DNA from: an uncultured Gammaproteobacteria bacterium
GTDB lineage: Bacteria; Patescibacteriota; Patescibacteriia; VMEV01; CAYQCH01
DNA: 64,000 nt
Reading direction: 5' to 3'
Assembly: GCA_964503955.1 (NCBI GenBank)
Contig: CAZDCG010000002.1
Location: 77,047 to 141,046, forward strand
The notes under the pieces were generated by a model. It was given only the letters and a program-made list of their open reading frames with translations. It was not told the DNA's origin and ran no database searches. This document shows positions 10,060 through 20,250 of this stretch, one piece after another (within the stretch, counting starts at the first letter, position 1; each line of letters begins with the position of its first letter). Both the position numbers and the translations under genes were made by a program.

Positions 10060-11508
10060 CTAGCTTCGCTTTACCTTTTGTCCTTCACTCGTATCTTCAA
10101 CAACCCAGCCAAGTTCAGCGAGTTGATCGCGCAAGCGGTCTGATGCTTCATAATCTCGGTTATCGCGCGCGGTCTGGCGGCGGGCAAGCAATTCCTCCAC
10201 TTCAGGGGGCAAATCCGCTTCTATGGCCATGCCGACATGCTGCAAATCAAGTCCGAGAACTTTATCCGCTTTTAACAGCCACTCCCAGACAGACTGAGGG
10301 GACACAGCCAATGCGTTATTGGCGATTTGGGTATTGACTTCTTTGATCAGGTCAAAGACTACCGCCATGGCAGCCGGCGCGTTCAGATCGTCATTAATCG
10401 CTTCGTGGAAAGCATCTGCCTGGTCAGAAAGATATTTTTCGTTAGATGGTTCAACCTTCTTGTCGCGCATGGCGTACATGGTCTGCGCGAAATTGTTAAG
10501 ACGTTTGCGTCCTTCGCGCGCGGCGTCCATGACAGCCCAGGTAAATTGCATGCGGGAACGATAAAGCGTTTGCAGGGTAGCAAAACGGTAATCAAGCGGA
10601 TGATAACCGCGCTGTTTCAGATCGGCAAGCGTAATAAAGGTTCCGGCCGACTTGGACATCTTCTTTTCCTCCTCGCCAAGCAGCAAATGTTCATTGTGCA
10701 TCCAGATATTCACGAAAGGCTTGCCGGTGGCGGATTCGCTCTGCGCGATTTCATTGGTGTGGTGAACGGGAATATGATCCACGCCGCCGGTATGAATATC
10801 AAAAGTCTGGCCAAGGTATTTCATGGACATGGCGGAACATTCGATATGCCAGCCCGGGAAGCCTTTGCCCCACGGGCTTTCCCATTCCATGTCCCGCTGC
10901 GCGTCTGTTGGCGAGAATTTCCAAAGAGCAAAATCAGTCAAATTCCGCTTCTGGGAATTCTTTTCCACGCGCGCGCCTTCCTGAAGCCCCTCAATATCCA
11001 GCTTGGCGAGCTTGCCATAATCATCAAGCTTTGATGTGTCAAAATACACGCCGTCATCAATGAGATAGGTGAATCCCTTGGCTTCAAGCTGCTCGATGAG
11101 CTCAATCTGTTCGGGGATATGCGCGGTTGCTTTAGGTTCTATGTCGGGAGGAAGAATATTGAGTTCGCGCACTTCATCATGAAAAATATTGGTATATTCT
11201 TCGGCAATCTGCCAGGCGGTTTTTCCTTCGCGGCGCGCGCCCTTTTCCATCTTGTCCTCTCCTTCGTCTGAATCGGAAACCAGGTGGCCGACATCGGTAA
11301 TATTCATGACATGCGTCACCTGATAGCCGTTGAAGAGCAAAACGCGCTTGAGCAAGTCGGCAAAAAGGAAAGCGCGCATATTGCCGATATGGGCATGGTC
11401 ATACACCGTCGGGCCGCATGTATAAAGCCCGGCTTCAGGCGGATTGATCGGCGTAAAAGGCTCTTTTCGGCGGTGAAGCGTATTGTAGAGATAAAGTGTT
11501 TCGTCCAT
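10060..11508 (-). CDS. cysS: Cysteine--tRNA ligase
   Basis: Motifs YTCGPTVY, HIGN, PGWHIECSAM, HHTNEIAQ and KMSKS. Confidence 0.97.
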   Translation of the reverse strand: MDETLYLYNTLHRRKEPFTPINPPEAGLYTCGPTVYDHAHIGNMRAFLFADLLKRVLLFNGYQVTHVMNITDVGHLVSDSDEGEDKMEKGARREGKTAWQIAEEYTNIFHDEVRELNILPPDIEPKATAHIPEQIELIEQLEAKGFTYLIDDGVYFDTSKLDDYGKLAKLDIEGLQEGARVEKNSQKRNLTDFALWKFSPTDAQRDMEWESPWGKGFPGWHIECSAMSMKYLGQTFDIHTGGVDHIPVHHTNEIAQSESATGKPFVNIWMHNEHLLLGEEEKKMSKSAGTFITLADLKQRGYHPLDYRFATLQTLYRSRMQFTWAVMDAAREGRKRLNNFAQTMYAMRDKKVEPSNEKYLSDQADAFHEAINDDLNAPAAMAVVFDLIKEVNTQIANNALAVSPQSVWEWLLKADKVLGLDLQHVGMAIEADLPPEVEELLARRQTARDNRDYEASDRLRDQLAELGWVVEDTSEGQKVKRS

Positions 11509-11618
11509 ATGTTTAGATAAACGTTACCAGACCTGATCGTCATCGCCAAGTGGCTTAGATGCGGGCAGGTGGGCGTGCCAAATGAAGTCGTAGGTAGGCA
11601 GTGGGCTGTAGGAAAACA

Positions 11619-11702
11619 GTCTGAATTCTGAAATCTGGATCGGTATTCTAGATCTGAACATCTTCAGATCCAGTGCCGGAATTCAGGATTCAGAGTTCAG
11701 AT
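11619..11702. repeat. Periodic inverted arms, TCTGAAT type
   Basis: TCTGAATTCTGAAATCTGGATC ... GATCCAG..GGAATTCAGGATTCAGAGTTCAGA, with a 7-nt period and an inner palindrome. Confidence 0.65.
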
Positions 11703-11755
11703 ATTGTCGCAAACTTCGCCGGGCGCCCGGCTCTGTCGTCGTCCGTGACCCCTAG

Positions 11756-12589
11756 CTACAAATTCTTTTTGAGCACAACAAACCTTTCCACTCCTCCCAA
11801 ATCCTCTTTCACCTCGGTGTCATAAGGAAGTTCTTGCTCCTTAACCCATCCCACAAACTCCTCAATTTGCTCCGGCAGCATTTCAAGATAGATCTTGCCT
11901 TTTGATGCGAGGTAATGCACGGCATCAAGAACTGCGCGTTTAATCACAGACAGTCCATTGTCTTGTGCAAAAAGAGCAAGAGCCGGTTCATGCTCCAGTT
12001 CTTTTCTTGTTGGCGTGTCGTCAAGATCCTGCGGACGCAAGTAGGGGAGATTGGCCACAATCATGGAAAACGTTTGAGCCGGAATGTTTGCAAAGAGATC
12101 CGACTCAATAAGATCAACTTTTGCTTTAAGCTGTTTCGCGTTTTGCCTCGCGACATCCAAAGCTTTGGCAGAAATATCCGCTGCCGTAACCTGTGCATGC
12201 GGCAATTCAAGCGCAAGGGTGATGGCAAGGCAGCCTGAACCAGTTCCAAGCTCAAGAATGCCGCCTTCAATAAAATCCCGTTTGGCTAAATCAATAAGCA
12301 TCTCGCTTTCAGGGCGGGGGACAAGCACGTCTTTTGTGACGCGGAACAAACGGCCGTAGAATTCCTTGCTGCCGGTAAGATACGCCACCGGTTCGCCCGA
12401 TCGGCGCCGTTCAATCAGGTCGAAAAAGGCCTTGGCATCTTTAGCATCAACCGGATCAGCCGCATGCGTTAAAAGCCATGTCCGGTTTTGTCCAAGCACA
12501 TGGCACAGCAAAACCTCGGCATCCAGCCGAGGTGAAAGGGAATCTGCCAGGGCTTGCTGCCCCTTTATGAGCAATTCTGAAACGATCAT
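11756..12589 (-). CDS. prmC: Release factor glutamine methyltransferase
   Basis: Motifs [31 protein letters not shown] and HEP..AL. Overlaps the prfA stop. Confidence 0.95.
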   Translation of the reverse strand: MIVSELLIKGQQALADSLSPRLDAEVLLCHVLGQNRTWLLTHAADPVDAKDAKAFFDLIERRRSGEPVAYLTGSKEFYGRLFRVTKDVLVPRPESEMLIDLAKRDFIEGGILELGTGSGCLAITLALELPHAQVTAADISAKALDVARQNAKQLKAKVDLIESDLFANIPAQTFSMIVANLPYLRPQDLDDTPTRKELEHEPALALFAQDNGLSVIKRAVLDAVHYLASKGKIYLEMLPEQIEEFVGWVKEQELPYDTEVKEDLGGVERFVVLKKNL

Positions 12590-13644
12590 GCTTCGTCAGC
12601 CGCAGCAGCTGCCGCTTCCTTAAGGCGGTCAATAATCGGATCAAGTTCTCCGTCAAGCACATGCGCGATATTATGCGTGGTCAGCTTGATTCGATGATCG
12701 GTAATGCGGTCCTGCGGGAAATTGTAGGTGCGGATTTTTTCAGAACGGTCGCCGGTTCCAACCTGGCCTTTTCTGGTCGCGGCCAGCTCTTTGGCTGCTT
12801 TTTCTTCTTGATGCGCAAGCAGGCGCGCGCGCAAAACCTGCATGGCCCGCTCGCGATTCTGCTGCTGGGAGCGTTCATCCTGGCATTGCACCACCACGCC
12901 GGTTGGAATATGCGTAATGCGAACAGCGGAGTTTGTCGTATTGACTTTCTGTCCGCCTTTTCCTCCAGCCGCATAGGTATCAACGCGAAGATCTTTCTGA
13001 TCAATCTTGATTTCAGTTTCCTCGGCTTCGGGAAGCACCGCCACGGTAGCGGTTGAGGTATGAATGCGTCCCGCTTTTTCCGTTTCGGGGATGCGCTGTA
13101 CCCGATGCACGCCGCTTTCGAATTTGAGGTCCCCGTATACGCTTTGTCCTTTCAGCGCCATGATGACTTCTTTGAGCCCGCCAACACCGGTCGGATTTGA
13201 CGAGATCAGCTGCGTCTTCCAACCTTTTCGTTCTGCGTATCGCGAATACATGCGAAACAGGTCAGCGGCAAAAAGCGCGGCTTCGTCGCCGCCCGCTCCC
13301 GCGCGGATTTCGATGATAACGTCCTTTTTGTCATTTGGATCGTCTTCATGAAGCAAATCCTTGATCTCGGCTTCAAGATGCTCTTTGCGCGTAAGGATTT
13401 GAGACAGCTCGGATTTTGCGTACTCTTTCAGTTCCGCGTCGCCTTCATTCATGGTTTTTCGAGCCTCTTCTTCGGCATTAAGCAGGTTTTTCAGCAGCTT
13501 GATCTGCTCCACAACGGGCTGGATTTCCGCAAACCGCTGATTAAGCGATTTGAGCTGCTGATGGCTCAATACCAAAGACGTATCACTGAGCTGGCGTGAA
13601 ATATCTTCGTACTCAGAGAGCAATTGCTGGTAGTGTTCGTTCAT
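12586..13644 (-). CDS. prfA: Peptide chain release factor 1
   Basis: Motifs [22 protein letters not shown] (PxT) and GGQ. Confidence 0.97.
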   Translation of the reverse strand: MNEHYQQLLSEYEDISRQLSDTSLVLSHQQLKSLNQRFAEIQPVVEQIKLLKNLLNAEEEARKTMNEGDAELKEYAKSELSQILTRKEHLEAEIKDLLHEDDPNDKKDVIIEIRAGAGGDEAALFAADLFRMYSRYAERKGWKTQLISSNPTGVGGLKEVIMALKGQSVYGDLKFESGVHRVQRIPETEKAGRIHTSTATVAVLPEAEETEIKIDQKDLRVDTYAAGGKGGQKVNTTNSAVRITHIPTGVVVQCQDERSQQQNRERAMQVLRARLLAHQEEKAAKELAATRKGQVGTGDRSEKIRTYNFPQDRITDHRIKLTTHNIAHVLDGELDPIIDRLKEAAAAAADEA

Positions 13645-13652
13645 AGCAATAA

Positions 13653-13678
13653 GAAAACCCCTTCAAGGCGGGGTTTTC
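13653..13678 (-). terminator. Hairpin/terminator after rpmE
   Basis: GAAAACCCC-loop-GGGGTTTTC. Confidence 0.6.
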
Positions 13679-13691
13679 AGATATTAGGCAG

Positions 13692-14021
13692 CTATTTTGA
13701 TTCGGCCTTGGCTTCTTTCTTCGCGGCGGCTTTTGCTTTCTTTTCTTTCTTGCCTTTGCGAGTCTTTGAAACTTCTTTACTCTTTGCCACGCGGGCCTGG
13801 AATTTGTCGACGCGCTTCGCGGTGTCAACAAGCATCTGTTTCCCTGTGTAAAAAGGGTGAGACGCGGAGCTGATTTCTACGGTGACGTACTGGTATTCCT
13901 TTCCATCTTCCCATTTGGTTGTCTGGTCGGAATAGATGGTTGAGCCGGCCAAAAATCGGAACCCTGTGGAAGTGTCCTCAAAAACGGTCAGCTTATAGTC
14001 TGGATGGATATCTTTTTTCAT
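13692..14021 (-). CDS. rpmE2: 50S ribosomal protein L31 type B (no Zn cysteines) with Lys/Ala-rich C-terminal tail
   Basis: Motifs MKKDIHPDY...VFED.STG..FL.GST and [16 protein letters not shown]...RV.KF. Confidence 0.9.
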   Translation of the reverse strand: MKKDIHPDYKLTVFEDTSTGFRFLAGSTIYSDQTTKWEDGKEYQYVTVEISSASHPFYTGKQMLVDTAKRVDKFQARVAKSKEVSKTRKGKKEKKAKAAAKKEAKAESK

Positions 14022-14110
14022 AAAACAAGGGCTGATCGCGGCCCGAATTAAAGTGACGGCAGATTACCATAGATCGGCAGATATTGCAAGCATTGGGCTC
14101 TTGTTCACGA

Positions 14111-14190
14111 GTGAACGTGTTAATGGGTTAATGGGTTTTGCCGGCTGAATTTTAACCCGTTAACTCGCCAACTCGTTAAGCTGTTAACCC
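14111..14190. repeat. Periodic inverted arms, GTTAA type (related to 57240-57286)
   Basis: GTGTTAATGGGTTAATGGGTT ... TTAACCCGTTAACTCGCCAACTCGTTAA, with an 8-nt period. Confidence 0.7.
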
Positions 14191-14218
14191 TGTTTTTCCA
14201 ATTTATCCCCACCTCCTT

Positions 14219-14247
14219 TTGACAAATGCAGCTTGATGGGCTATGCT
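14219..14247 (+). promoter_or_regulatory. Sigma70 promoter of orphan gene pair
   Basis: TTGACA-17-TATGCT. Confidence 0.65.
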
Positions 14248-14434
14248 TGATGCAGTATGCACTCTATGCATTGTCCAATGACCAAGACCTATACCGCCTG
14301 CAATCTCTTTGCGGTGATTAAGTTTTGGAATTTGGCCGGCGTTGAGTAATTGCATCGAAATCAACCTTTCAAGCAACCACTCGCGTCAGGCTCAAAAACC
14401 TGGCGCGTTTACGTTTAGGACGGGGGAACGTAAT

Positions 14435-14623
14435 ATGACGAATGCTCTGATGAAGGATCAGGCCGCCGAGGTTCCTCCGCACCGGAGGTTCGCGGCGAAC
14501 CGCAAGAAGGCGGCTGAGCGTGGTCGAGGTGACTCGGCTCGGCTGATGACCTATCGGGCGAGGATGGAGGGCGCGGCTTATCGTCGCATTCTGGATCAGG
14601 ACAGCGAGCAGGAGGGTGCGTGA
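14435..14623 (+). CDS. Hypothetical orphan protein (Arg-rich)
   Basis: GGGGGA SD-like sequence before ATG 14435. The stop overlaps the next GTG (GTGA). Confidence 0.5.
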   Translation: MTNALMKDQAAEVPPHRRFAANRKKAAERGRGDSARLMTYRARMEGAAYRRILDQDSEQEGA

Positions 14624-14892
14624 GCGAGGTTGAATCCTTTATCCAAGATGTCCTCCAAGCGGATATTCCGGAAACGGATGCATTCGTTCGAGGGGAAGTC
14701 GATCTGGGAATCCTTAACCGGTTCCAGCTGATCAAGGCGATCCTTGCCTTGCATCAGGTGATCGGGTACGATCGCCAGATCACGGCATTCGGTTTCAGCC
14801 GGCACGGCCTGGACAAGCTTCGCAAGGTCATCCGGGTTCAGGTTGAAACCATTCGCAAGCAGCAGAGCGCGCGGCAAGAAGCTGTGCGTTAA
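14620..14892 (+). CDS. Hypothetical orphan protein
   Basis: GGAGGGT SD before GTG, translational coupling with the upstream ORF, and a long hairpin at 14895-14952. Confidence 0.55.
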   Translation: MSEVESFIQDVLQADIPETDAFVRGEVDLGILNRFQLIKAILALHQVIGYDRQITAFGFSRHGLDKLRKVIRVQVETIRKQQSARQEAVR

Positions 14893-14996
14893 TCGTAGAA
14901 CGGAGAGCAATCCTCAGCCAGAAATGGTACTCAGGACCGCTCTCCGTTTCGCGTTATATAGACCTGTTATGCATCATCTGCTTATAATGAGTGCGT

Positions 14997-15701
14997 ATGA
15001 CAAACGCAACTCTTGACAAAAAACTATCTCCGTACGCCGATAAGGAACGGGCAAAAATCGGTTTGCGCTATTTCAATTCGAAACTCCATTGCCTGGGGAT
15101 TCCGGTCACAAAATTGCGTGCATTAGAAAACGAATTATTTTCAGAAGAAGCGCCGCTTCCTTTGCTAAACAAACTTTTTTTTGGAACAGAAATTTTTGAG
15201 GCCAGATCGCTTATTCTTATCCACTTGGCCAAACGGAAAAGCGAGATGGATGCGACCTCATGGCAAGTCCTGAAAGGCTGGTCAAAGGTTGTCGATAACT
15301 GGGAGCATGGAGACCGGCTGGCCGATATCTACGCGCATTTGTTGGAAGCATATCCGTCACTTGTCTTTCCGACGTTAAAAAAGTGGAATACGAGCTCCTT
15401 GCCCTGGCAACGCCGTCTTTCGATCGTCAGTTTGTTTTATTACAGCGCAAAACGAAGAAAAGCACTGCCGTTTGGCAAAGCTTTGCCCCTTGTCGACCGG
15501 CTCATGTATGATAAGCATGTCTATGTGCAAAAAGGAGTAGGCTGGACCTTGCGCGAGCTGTATAATCTTTATCCTGATCAGACCTTTTCCTATCTCAAAC
15601 AGCATGCGCGCGAACTTTCTGCCATTGCCTGGCAGGCTGCCACGGAGAAGCTCAGGCGTAAAGACAAGGAACTGCTCAAAAAACTTCGCGCGAAGAAATA
15701 A
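14997..15701 (+). CDS. DNA alkylation repair protein (AlkD-like HEAT repeat)
   Basis: Motifs GIPV..LR, VDNW..GD, W.RR and YVQKGVGW.LRE. TATAAT at 14983-14988. Confidence 0.85.
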   Translation: MTNATLDKKLSPYADKERAKIGLRYFNSKLHCLGIPVTKLRALENELFSEEAPLPLLNKLFFGTEIFEARSLILIHLAKRKSEMDATSWQVLKGWSKVVDNWEHGDRLADIYAHLLEAYPSLVFPTLKKWNTSSLPWQRRLSIVSLFYYSAKRRKALPFGKALPLVDRLMYDKHVYVQKGVGWTLRELYNLYPDQTFSYLKQHARELSAIAWQAATEKLRRKDKELLKKLRAKK

Positions 15702-15707
15702 ACGATT

Positions 15708-16148
15708 ATGAAACGCTATCTGATCATTGCCGTGATCATCGCAATCGCTATTCTTTTGGCGGGCTTGCTTTATGATCAATTCCGTTTGCGCACCAATGTT
15801 CCTGTCGATGGTATTCAACCTGAAGACATTGTTCGTCCGGGATTTCCCAATGCGGGCCACATAACCGTCCGGCATGATTTTGCCGGTGGCATGCACACAT
15901 ACTCCGGTATATTAACCCTTCCGGATCCTTGCCATGAAATCAACGCGCAGGCAATTATGATGGAATCCTTTCCTGAGCAGGTGCGCATAGAAATCACCAC
16001 GCGAAGGGATCAGGATGTGCTTTGCGCCCAGGTGCTGACAGATAAGCCGTTTTCCGTTTCTTTTCAGGCAAGCGAGCAGGCTCAGGTACAGGCCCTCTTG
16101 AATGGAAAACGTGTCGAGCTGATCGAACATCCGGTCGATTCCAAATAA
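15708..16148 (+). CDS. Membrane-anchored hypothetical protein
   Basis: N-terminal TM helix and a Cys pair (LPDPCH...LCAQVLT). Confidence 0.65.
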   Translation: MKRYLIIAVIIAIAILLAGLLYDQFRLRTNVPVDGIQPEDIVRPGFPNAGHITVRHDFAGGMHTYSGILTLPDPCHEINAQAIMMESFPEQVRIEITTRRDQDVLCAQVLTDKPFSVSFQASEQAQVQALLNGKRVELIEHPVDSK

Positions 16149-16155
16149 ATCTCGT

Positions 16156-16731
16156 ATGACGCAAGATCCGCAGATCAATGAGGTGCTTAAGCGCATGGCG
16201 GCTTACGAGAAAGTATACGAGGCGCAATTCGCGGTTGATGATGAGACAGGCACCTATCTTTATAACTTTGTTCTTGAACACCGCCCCGAGCGGATTTTGG
16301 AGCTTGGCACCTGGCGCGGCGCGTCTGCCATTTACTTCGCGGCTGCGCTTAAGCAGCTTGGCCGCGGCCAGGTTGTGACGGTTGATCTTGGAAATGACCG
16401 CGTGGAGCAGGCGGCAGACAATTTCGCGCAGGCCGGAGTCAGCGGCCTTGTAACGCAGGTGACTGCCGACATTGATGATTATCTGCCTACGGACAATCAG
16501 ATCTACGATTTGGTGTTTTTTGATGCAATCAAGAAATATCAGGGCAGGTGGATGAAGGATATTCTAAGCCGCAATGTGCGCCCCGGTTCGCATATGATTG
16601 TTGACGATGTGATTACCATGGGAAAGCGGATGAGCGACTTGTTCGACATTGTCGAAGCGGATAACCGGCTTGTATCCCGCCTGGAACATGTGGGCGACGG
16701 CCTGCTCGTCATCAAGGTGCTTGAAGTGTGA
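16156..16731 (+). CDS. Class I SAM-dependent O-methyltransferase
   Basis: Motifs ILELGT..G.S and YDLVFFDA.K. Confidence 0.85.
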   Translation: MTQDPQINEVLKRMAAYEKVYEAQFAVDDETGTYLYNFVLEHRPERILELGTWRGASAIYFAAALKQLGRGQVVTVDLGNDRVEQAADNFAQAGVSGLVTQVTADIDDYLPTDNQIYDLVFFDAIKKYQGRWMKDILSRNVRPGSHMIVDDVITMGKRMSDLFDIVEADNRLVSRLEHVGDGLLVIKVLEV

Positions 16732-16769
16732 TAAGATGAACACCAGGAGGTTTATCAGCAAAATCTACT

Positions 16770-18146
16770 ATGCCAGAGACAAAAACCATACGCTCCGTAA
16801 AGCCGTCCGATTCGTTTTCCTTTTACCATCAGCCGGTAGATTTTAAACGGCCATGGAGAATCTTTAAAATCATGGCTGAATTTGTTGAAGGGTATGAATT
16901 CATTTCAAAATTCAGCAAAACGGTTACTATTTTAGGTTCCGCGCGAACCAAGCCCACCCAAAAATGGTATAAGGAAGCCGTTGTTCTTGGAAAAATGCTT
17001 GGCAAAGGCGGCTATACAACTTTGACCGGCGCGGGGCCGGGGATCATGGAAGCGGCAAATAAAGGAGCCAAGCTTGGAAAAGGGAAGTCGATTGGGATCA
17101 ATATTGAGCTTCCATTCGAACAGGTACTCAATCCGTATGTGGATCACGCAGAGGGCTTCAACTATTTCTTCACCAGAAAAGTGATGCTGTTAAGCCCCGC
17201 GCAAGCATTCGTCTTTTTTCCCGGCGGGTATGGAACCATGGATGAATTTTTTGAAGTGTTTGATTTGATGGAAACAGGCTTTTTAAGCAGCGCGCCGATT
17301 ATCTGCGTCGGAAAAGATTTCTGGAATCCGGTCATGGATTTTTTGGTAAGCCGGTCCGTTCGAGAAGGCATTCTTGATCAAAAGATGTTTGACCGCGTTT
17401 TTGTGGTTGATTCGGCCAAAGCCGCCTACGATATCGTCAAAACTTCCAAAGATTTGCCACCGTCCATCTGCAAACTGTCGCCTGAGAATTTCCAGTGCGA
17501 AGAGCAGATCAACTGGCGCGTCTTCAAGATCATGGCCGAACTCGTGGAAGGGTTTGACATGGTTACAAAATTCCTCGACGACGTAACCATTCTCGGCTCC
17601 AAGGCCCTTGCGGAAGAGTCGGAATACTATCACCAGGCATATCGGCTTGGTTTAATGCTTGGAAAAAAGAAATATACGGTTGTGACCGGCGGCGGACCGG
17701 GCATTACGGAAGCCGCGAATAAAGGAGCGGCTCAGGCGAATGCCATGTCCGTAGGGCTTGTCTTGCGGCAAGGGGCTAAGGATTTGGCAAATGAGTATAT
17801 CAACGCGCATGCGAGTTTTGAATTTCCGTTTACACGAAAACTGATTCTGACGGCTCCTTCAAACGCCTTTGTCGTGTTTCCGGGAGGACTTGGCACATTG
17901 CATCAGGCGTTTGAGTTGCTGACGCTGATCCAGACGCGCAAATCGCATAAGGTGCCGGTGATTTTTTATGATTCTGCGTACTGGAAACCGATGCTTGATT
18001 TCATCAAGAAGAAACTGCTCAACGAGTATAAAACCATTTCAAAGGGCGATGAAAAATTCTATACGGTTGTTGATACCGTTGAAGACATCGTCAAGATGAT
18101 CGAAAAGCAGCCCCGCGAGGGCAGCCGTAAAGCCAGACGGCGATAA
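16770..18146 (+). CDS. Tandem two-domain LOG family (TIGR00730-type) nucleotide phosphoribohydrolase
   Basis: Two copies of WR.FKIMAE.VEG, TG.GPGI.EAANKGA, F.FTRK and PGG.GT. Confidence 0.88.
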   Translation: MPETKTIRSVKPSDSFSFYHQPVDFKRPWRIFKIMAEFVEGYEFISKFSKTVTILGSARTKPTQKWYKEAVVLGKMLGKGGYTTLTGAGPGIMEAANKGAKLGKGKSIGINIELPFEQVLNPYVDHAEGFNYFFTRKVMLLSPAQAFVFFPGGYGTMDEFFEVFDLMETGFLSSAPIICVGKDFWNPVMDFLVSRSVREGILDQKMFDRVFVVDSAKAAYDIVKTSKDLPPSICKLSPENFQCEEQINWRVFKIMAELVEGFDMVTKFLDDVTILGSKALAEESEYYHQAYRLGLMLGKKKYTVVTGGGPGITEAANKGAAQANAMSVGLVLRQGAKDLANEYINAHASFEFPFTRKLILTAPSNAFVVFPGGLGTLHQAFELLTLIQTRKSHKVPVIFYDSAYWKPMLDFIKKKLLNEYKTISKGDEKFYTVVDTVEDIVKMIEKQPREGSRKARRR

Positions 18147-18224
18147 CGTCATCTTTTTGCCGTTCATTCGTTTAGAGGGGCGAGCCTTGCGGGGCTTGGC
18201 TCTGTCTGCTAACGTCTTTTTACT

Positions 18225-18935
18225 ATGAATGTTCCCAAACATATTGGCTTTATCATGGATGGAAACCGCCGCTGGGCAAAAGAGCGCGGGCTAAGTGTCG
18301 CCCAAGGACATGAAGCGGGCATCGCTGCTCTGTCAAAGCTGGTTGAAGCCTGTGCTAAGCGAGGCGTGGAAACGGTCACCGTCTACGCGCTAAGTACGGA
18401 AAATCTGAAAAAACGCAGCGCGGTCGAGCTGGCTGATATCTTTGGTATTCTCTTTCGATGGATCGCTCGGGAACGTTCCAGGTTGCAACAAAACGGCATC
18501 CGGGTTGCATTCCTCGGCCAGCTAAAAAGGCTTCCTGAAAAGGTGCAAACCGCGATGAATGAATTGATGCAGACTGTGAAAATGAATGAGCGTATCAAGC
18601 TGAATGTGATGGTCAATTACGGCGGCAGAGATGAAATTATCCGCGCCGTGCAGACAATGATGCAGGAAGGTGTTTCCGCCAAAGAAGTCAATGAGGAATT
18701 GATTTCAAAACACCTGTACACAAAAGATTCTCCCGATCCGGATTTGATCATCCGTACAGGCGGAGAGCAGCGGCTCTCAAACTTTTTGATTTGGCAAATG
18801 AGCTATAGCGAGCTGTACTTCACGAATACCTATTGGCCGGATTTTGACGAGCCGGAATTAGACAAAGCGTTGGTAGATTATGCCGGCCGGTCTCGCCGCT
18901 TTGGCGGGGGAGAGGTTAATACCGTCAAAGCATGA
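18225..18935 (+). CDS. uppS: Undecaprenyl diphosphate synthase
   Basis: Motifs HIGFIMDGNRRWA, STEN, NYGGR.EI and PDLIIRTGGEQRLSNFL.WQ..YSE. Confidence 0.95.
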   Translation: MNVPKHIGFIMDGNRRWAKERGLSVAQGHEAGIAALSKLVEACAKRGVETVTVYALSTENLKKRSAVELADIFGILFRWIARERSRLQQNGIRVAFLGQLKRLPEKVQTAMNELMQTVKMNERIKLNVMVNYGGRDEIIRAVQTMMQEGVSAKEVNEELISKHLYTKDSPDPDLIIRTGGEQRLSNFLIWQMSYSELYFTNTYWPDFDEPELDKALVDYAGRSRRFGGGEVNTVKA

Positions 18936-19951
18936 AACGGTCGGAATTATTTTTTGAATTGCCCCAAGCATTCATTGCGCAGGAGCCGGTAGAACCAAGG
19001 GATCACTGCAAGTTGATGGTGCTCGACCGGCAGGATCAATCAATCCGTCATGATCGTTTTTTTCGACTCGCCGATTATTTGCGCGAAGACGATGTACTGG
19101 TATTCAATCAATCCAAAGTCCTGCCCGCGCGGTTAATCGGGGCGAAAGGAGAAGCAAAACGCGAAGTGCTTTTGCTTAAAGAGGTCGCTTCCGGTGCTTG
19201 GCAGGTTCTGATTAAGGGAAGGGTAGAGATCGGAGATATTGTGGCGTTCCCAGGCGGGCTTGAGGCTGAAATCATTGAAAAGCAGGAAACAACCTTTCTT
19301 GTTCGTTTTAACAAAACAGGCAGCGAATTTTTCCAAACGATCCAGAAAATCGGGCTTGTGCCCACGCCGCCATACATGAAGCAGTTTACGGGCGATCCGA
19401 ATCTCTATCAGACCGTGTATGCTCAAACGTCGGGATCGGCCGCGGCTCCAACCGCCGGACTGCATTTCACTCAGCAGCTGCTTGATGCGCTAAAAGAACA
19501 GGGTGTTCAGCAGGAATTTGTTACGCTTCACGTCGGGCTTGGCACATTCCAGCCGATTAAGACAGAAATTGTTGAAGATCATCCCATTCATTCGGAATAT
19601 TTTGAGGTTGATGCAGGCACAATTGAGCGTTTGCGCACAGCAAAGAAAGAGGGGAGAAGAATTATTGCCGTTGGCACTACATCCGTTCGTGTATTGGAGA
19701 CGGTTTTTGCAAATAGCGCCTGGGCGTATGGCGATACGTCTCGACAAGGCGAAACGGCCATCTTCATCTACCCGGGCTACAAATTCCAAGCCGTTGACGC
19801 GCTGATCACCAATTTCCATACGCCGTATTCAAGCCTGCTCGCGCTTGTCTTTGCCTTTGCCGGCAAGGAATTTATTCTGCAAGCCTATGAAGAAGCGAAA
19901 AAGCAGGATTACCGTTTTTTCTCGTTCGGGGATGCGATGTTGATTTGTTAG
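18932..19951 (+). CDS. queA: S-adenosylmethionine:tRNA ribosyltransferase-isomerase
   Basis: Motifs YQTVYA, AAPTAGLHF, LHVGLGTF, AVGTT.VR, TNFH.P.S and YRFFSFGD. Confidence 0.96.
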   Translation: MKRSELFFELPQAFIAQEPVEPRDHCKLMVLDRQDQSIRHDRFFRLADYLREDDVLVFNQSKVLPARLIGAKGEAKREVLLLKEVASGAWQVLIKGRVEIGDIVAFPGGLEAEIIEKQETTFLVRFNKTGSEFFQTIQKIGLVPTPPYMKQFTGDPNLYQTVYAQTSGSAAAPTAGLHFTQQLLDALKEQGVQQEFVTLHVGLGTFQPIKTEIVEDHPIHSEYFEVDAGTIERLRTAKKEGRRIIAVGTTSVRVLETVFANSAWAYGDTSRQGETAIFIYPGYKFQAVDALITNFHTPYSSLLALVFAFAGKEFILQAYEEAKKQDYRFFSFGDAMLIC

Positions 19952-20006
19952 GTGGGGGTTTTTGGGGGGTCGAGTACGAGGTATCCAAGCTGAGGCTTGC
20001 CAAGAC

Positions 20007-20035
20007 TTGACAAAATTTACTTGTAGTGATATAGT
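20007..20035 (+). promoter_or_regulatory. Near-consensus sigma70 promoter
   Basis: TTGACA-17-TATAGT. Confidence 0.75.
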
Positions 20036-20116
20036 GCATTGTTCTTTCTCATCTGATCCGCCATCCTGTGTACACTCATATAAGTTAGGCGGAGCCGCAT
20101 CTCCTTACAGGAAAGG

Positions 20117-20161
20117 GCATGCATTTGCTGAATATGCAATCAGCAGATGCATGCTTTTTTT
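20117..20161 (+). terminator. Intrinsic terminator within the leader of the lipoprotein gene
   Basis: 15-bp stem GCATGCATTTGCTGA/TCAGCAGATGCATGC (one G-U pair) followed by T7. Confidence 0.75.
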
Positions 20162-20250
20162 CTTGCCCGCGATTTGCTTTGAGCTCAGATAATCTGGTCT
20201 CAAAGCAGCTTCACGGCTGTGTTTCTTCAACTTCGAGAAAGGAGAGAGCC

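Noticed and set aside
11510-11755. T-box or hammerhead ribozyme upstream of cysS
   Set aside because: No GGTGGNACCGCG T-box is present. The GCCGGGCGCCCGGC palindrome lacks an intact CUGANGA/GAAA core.
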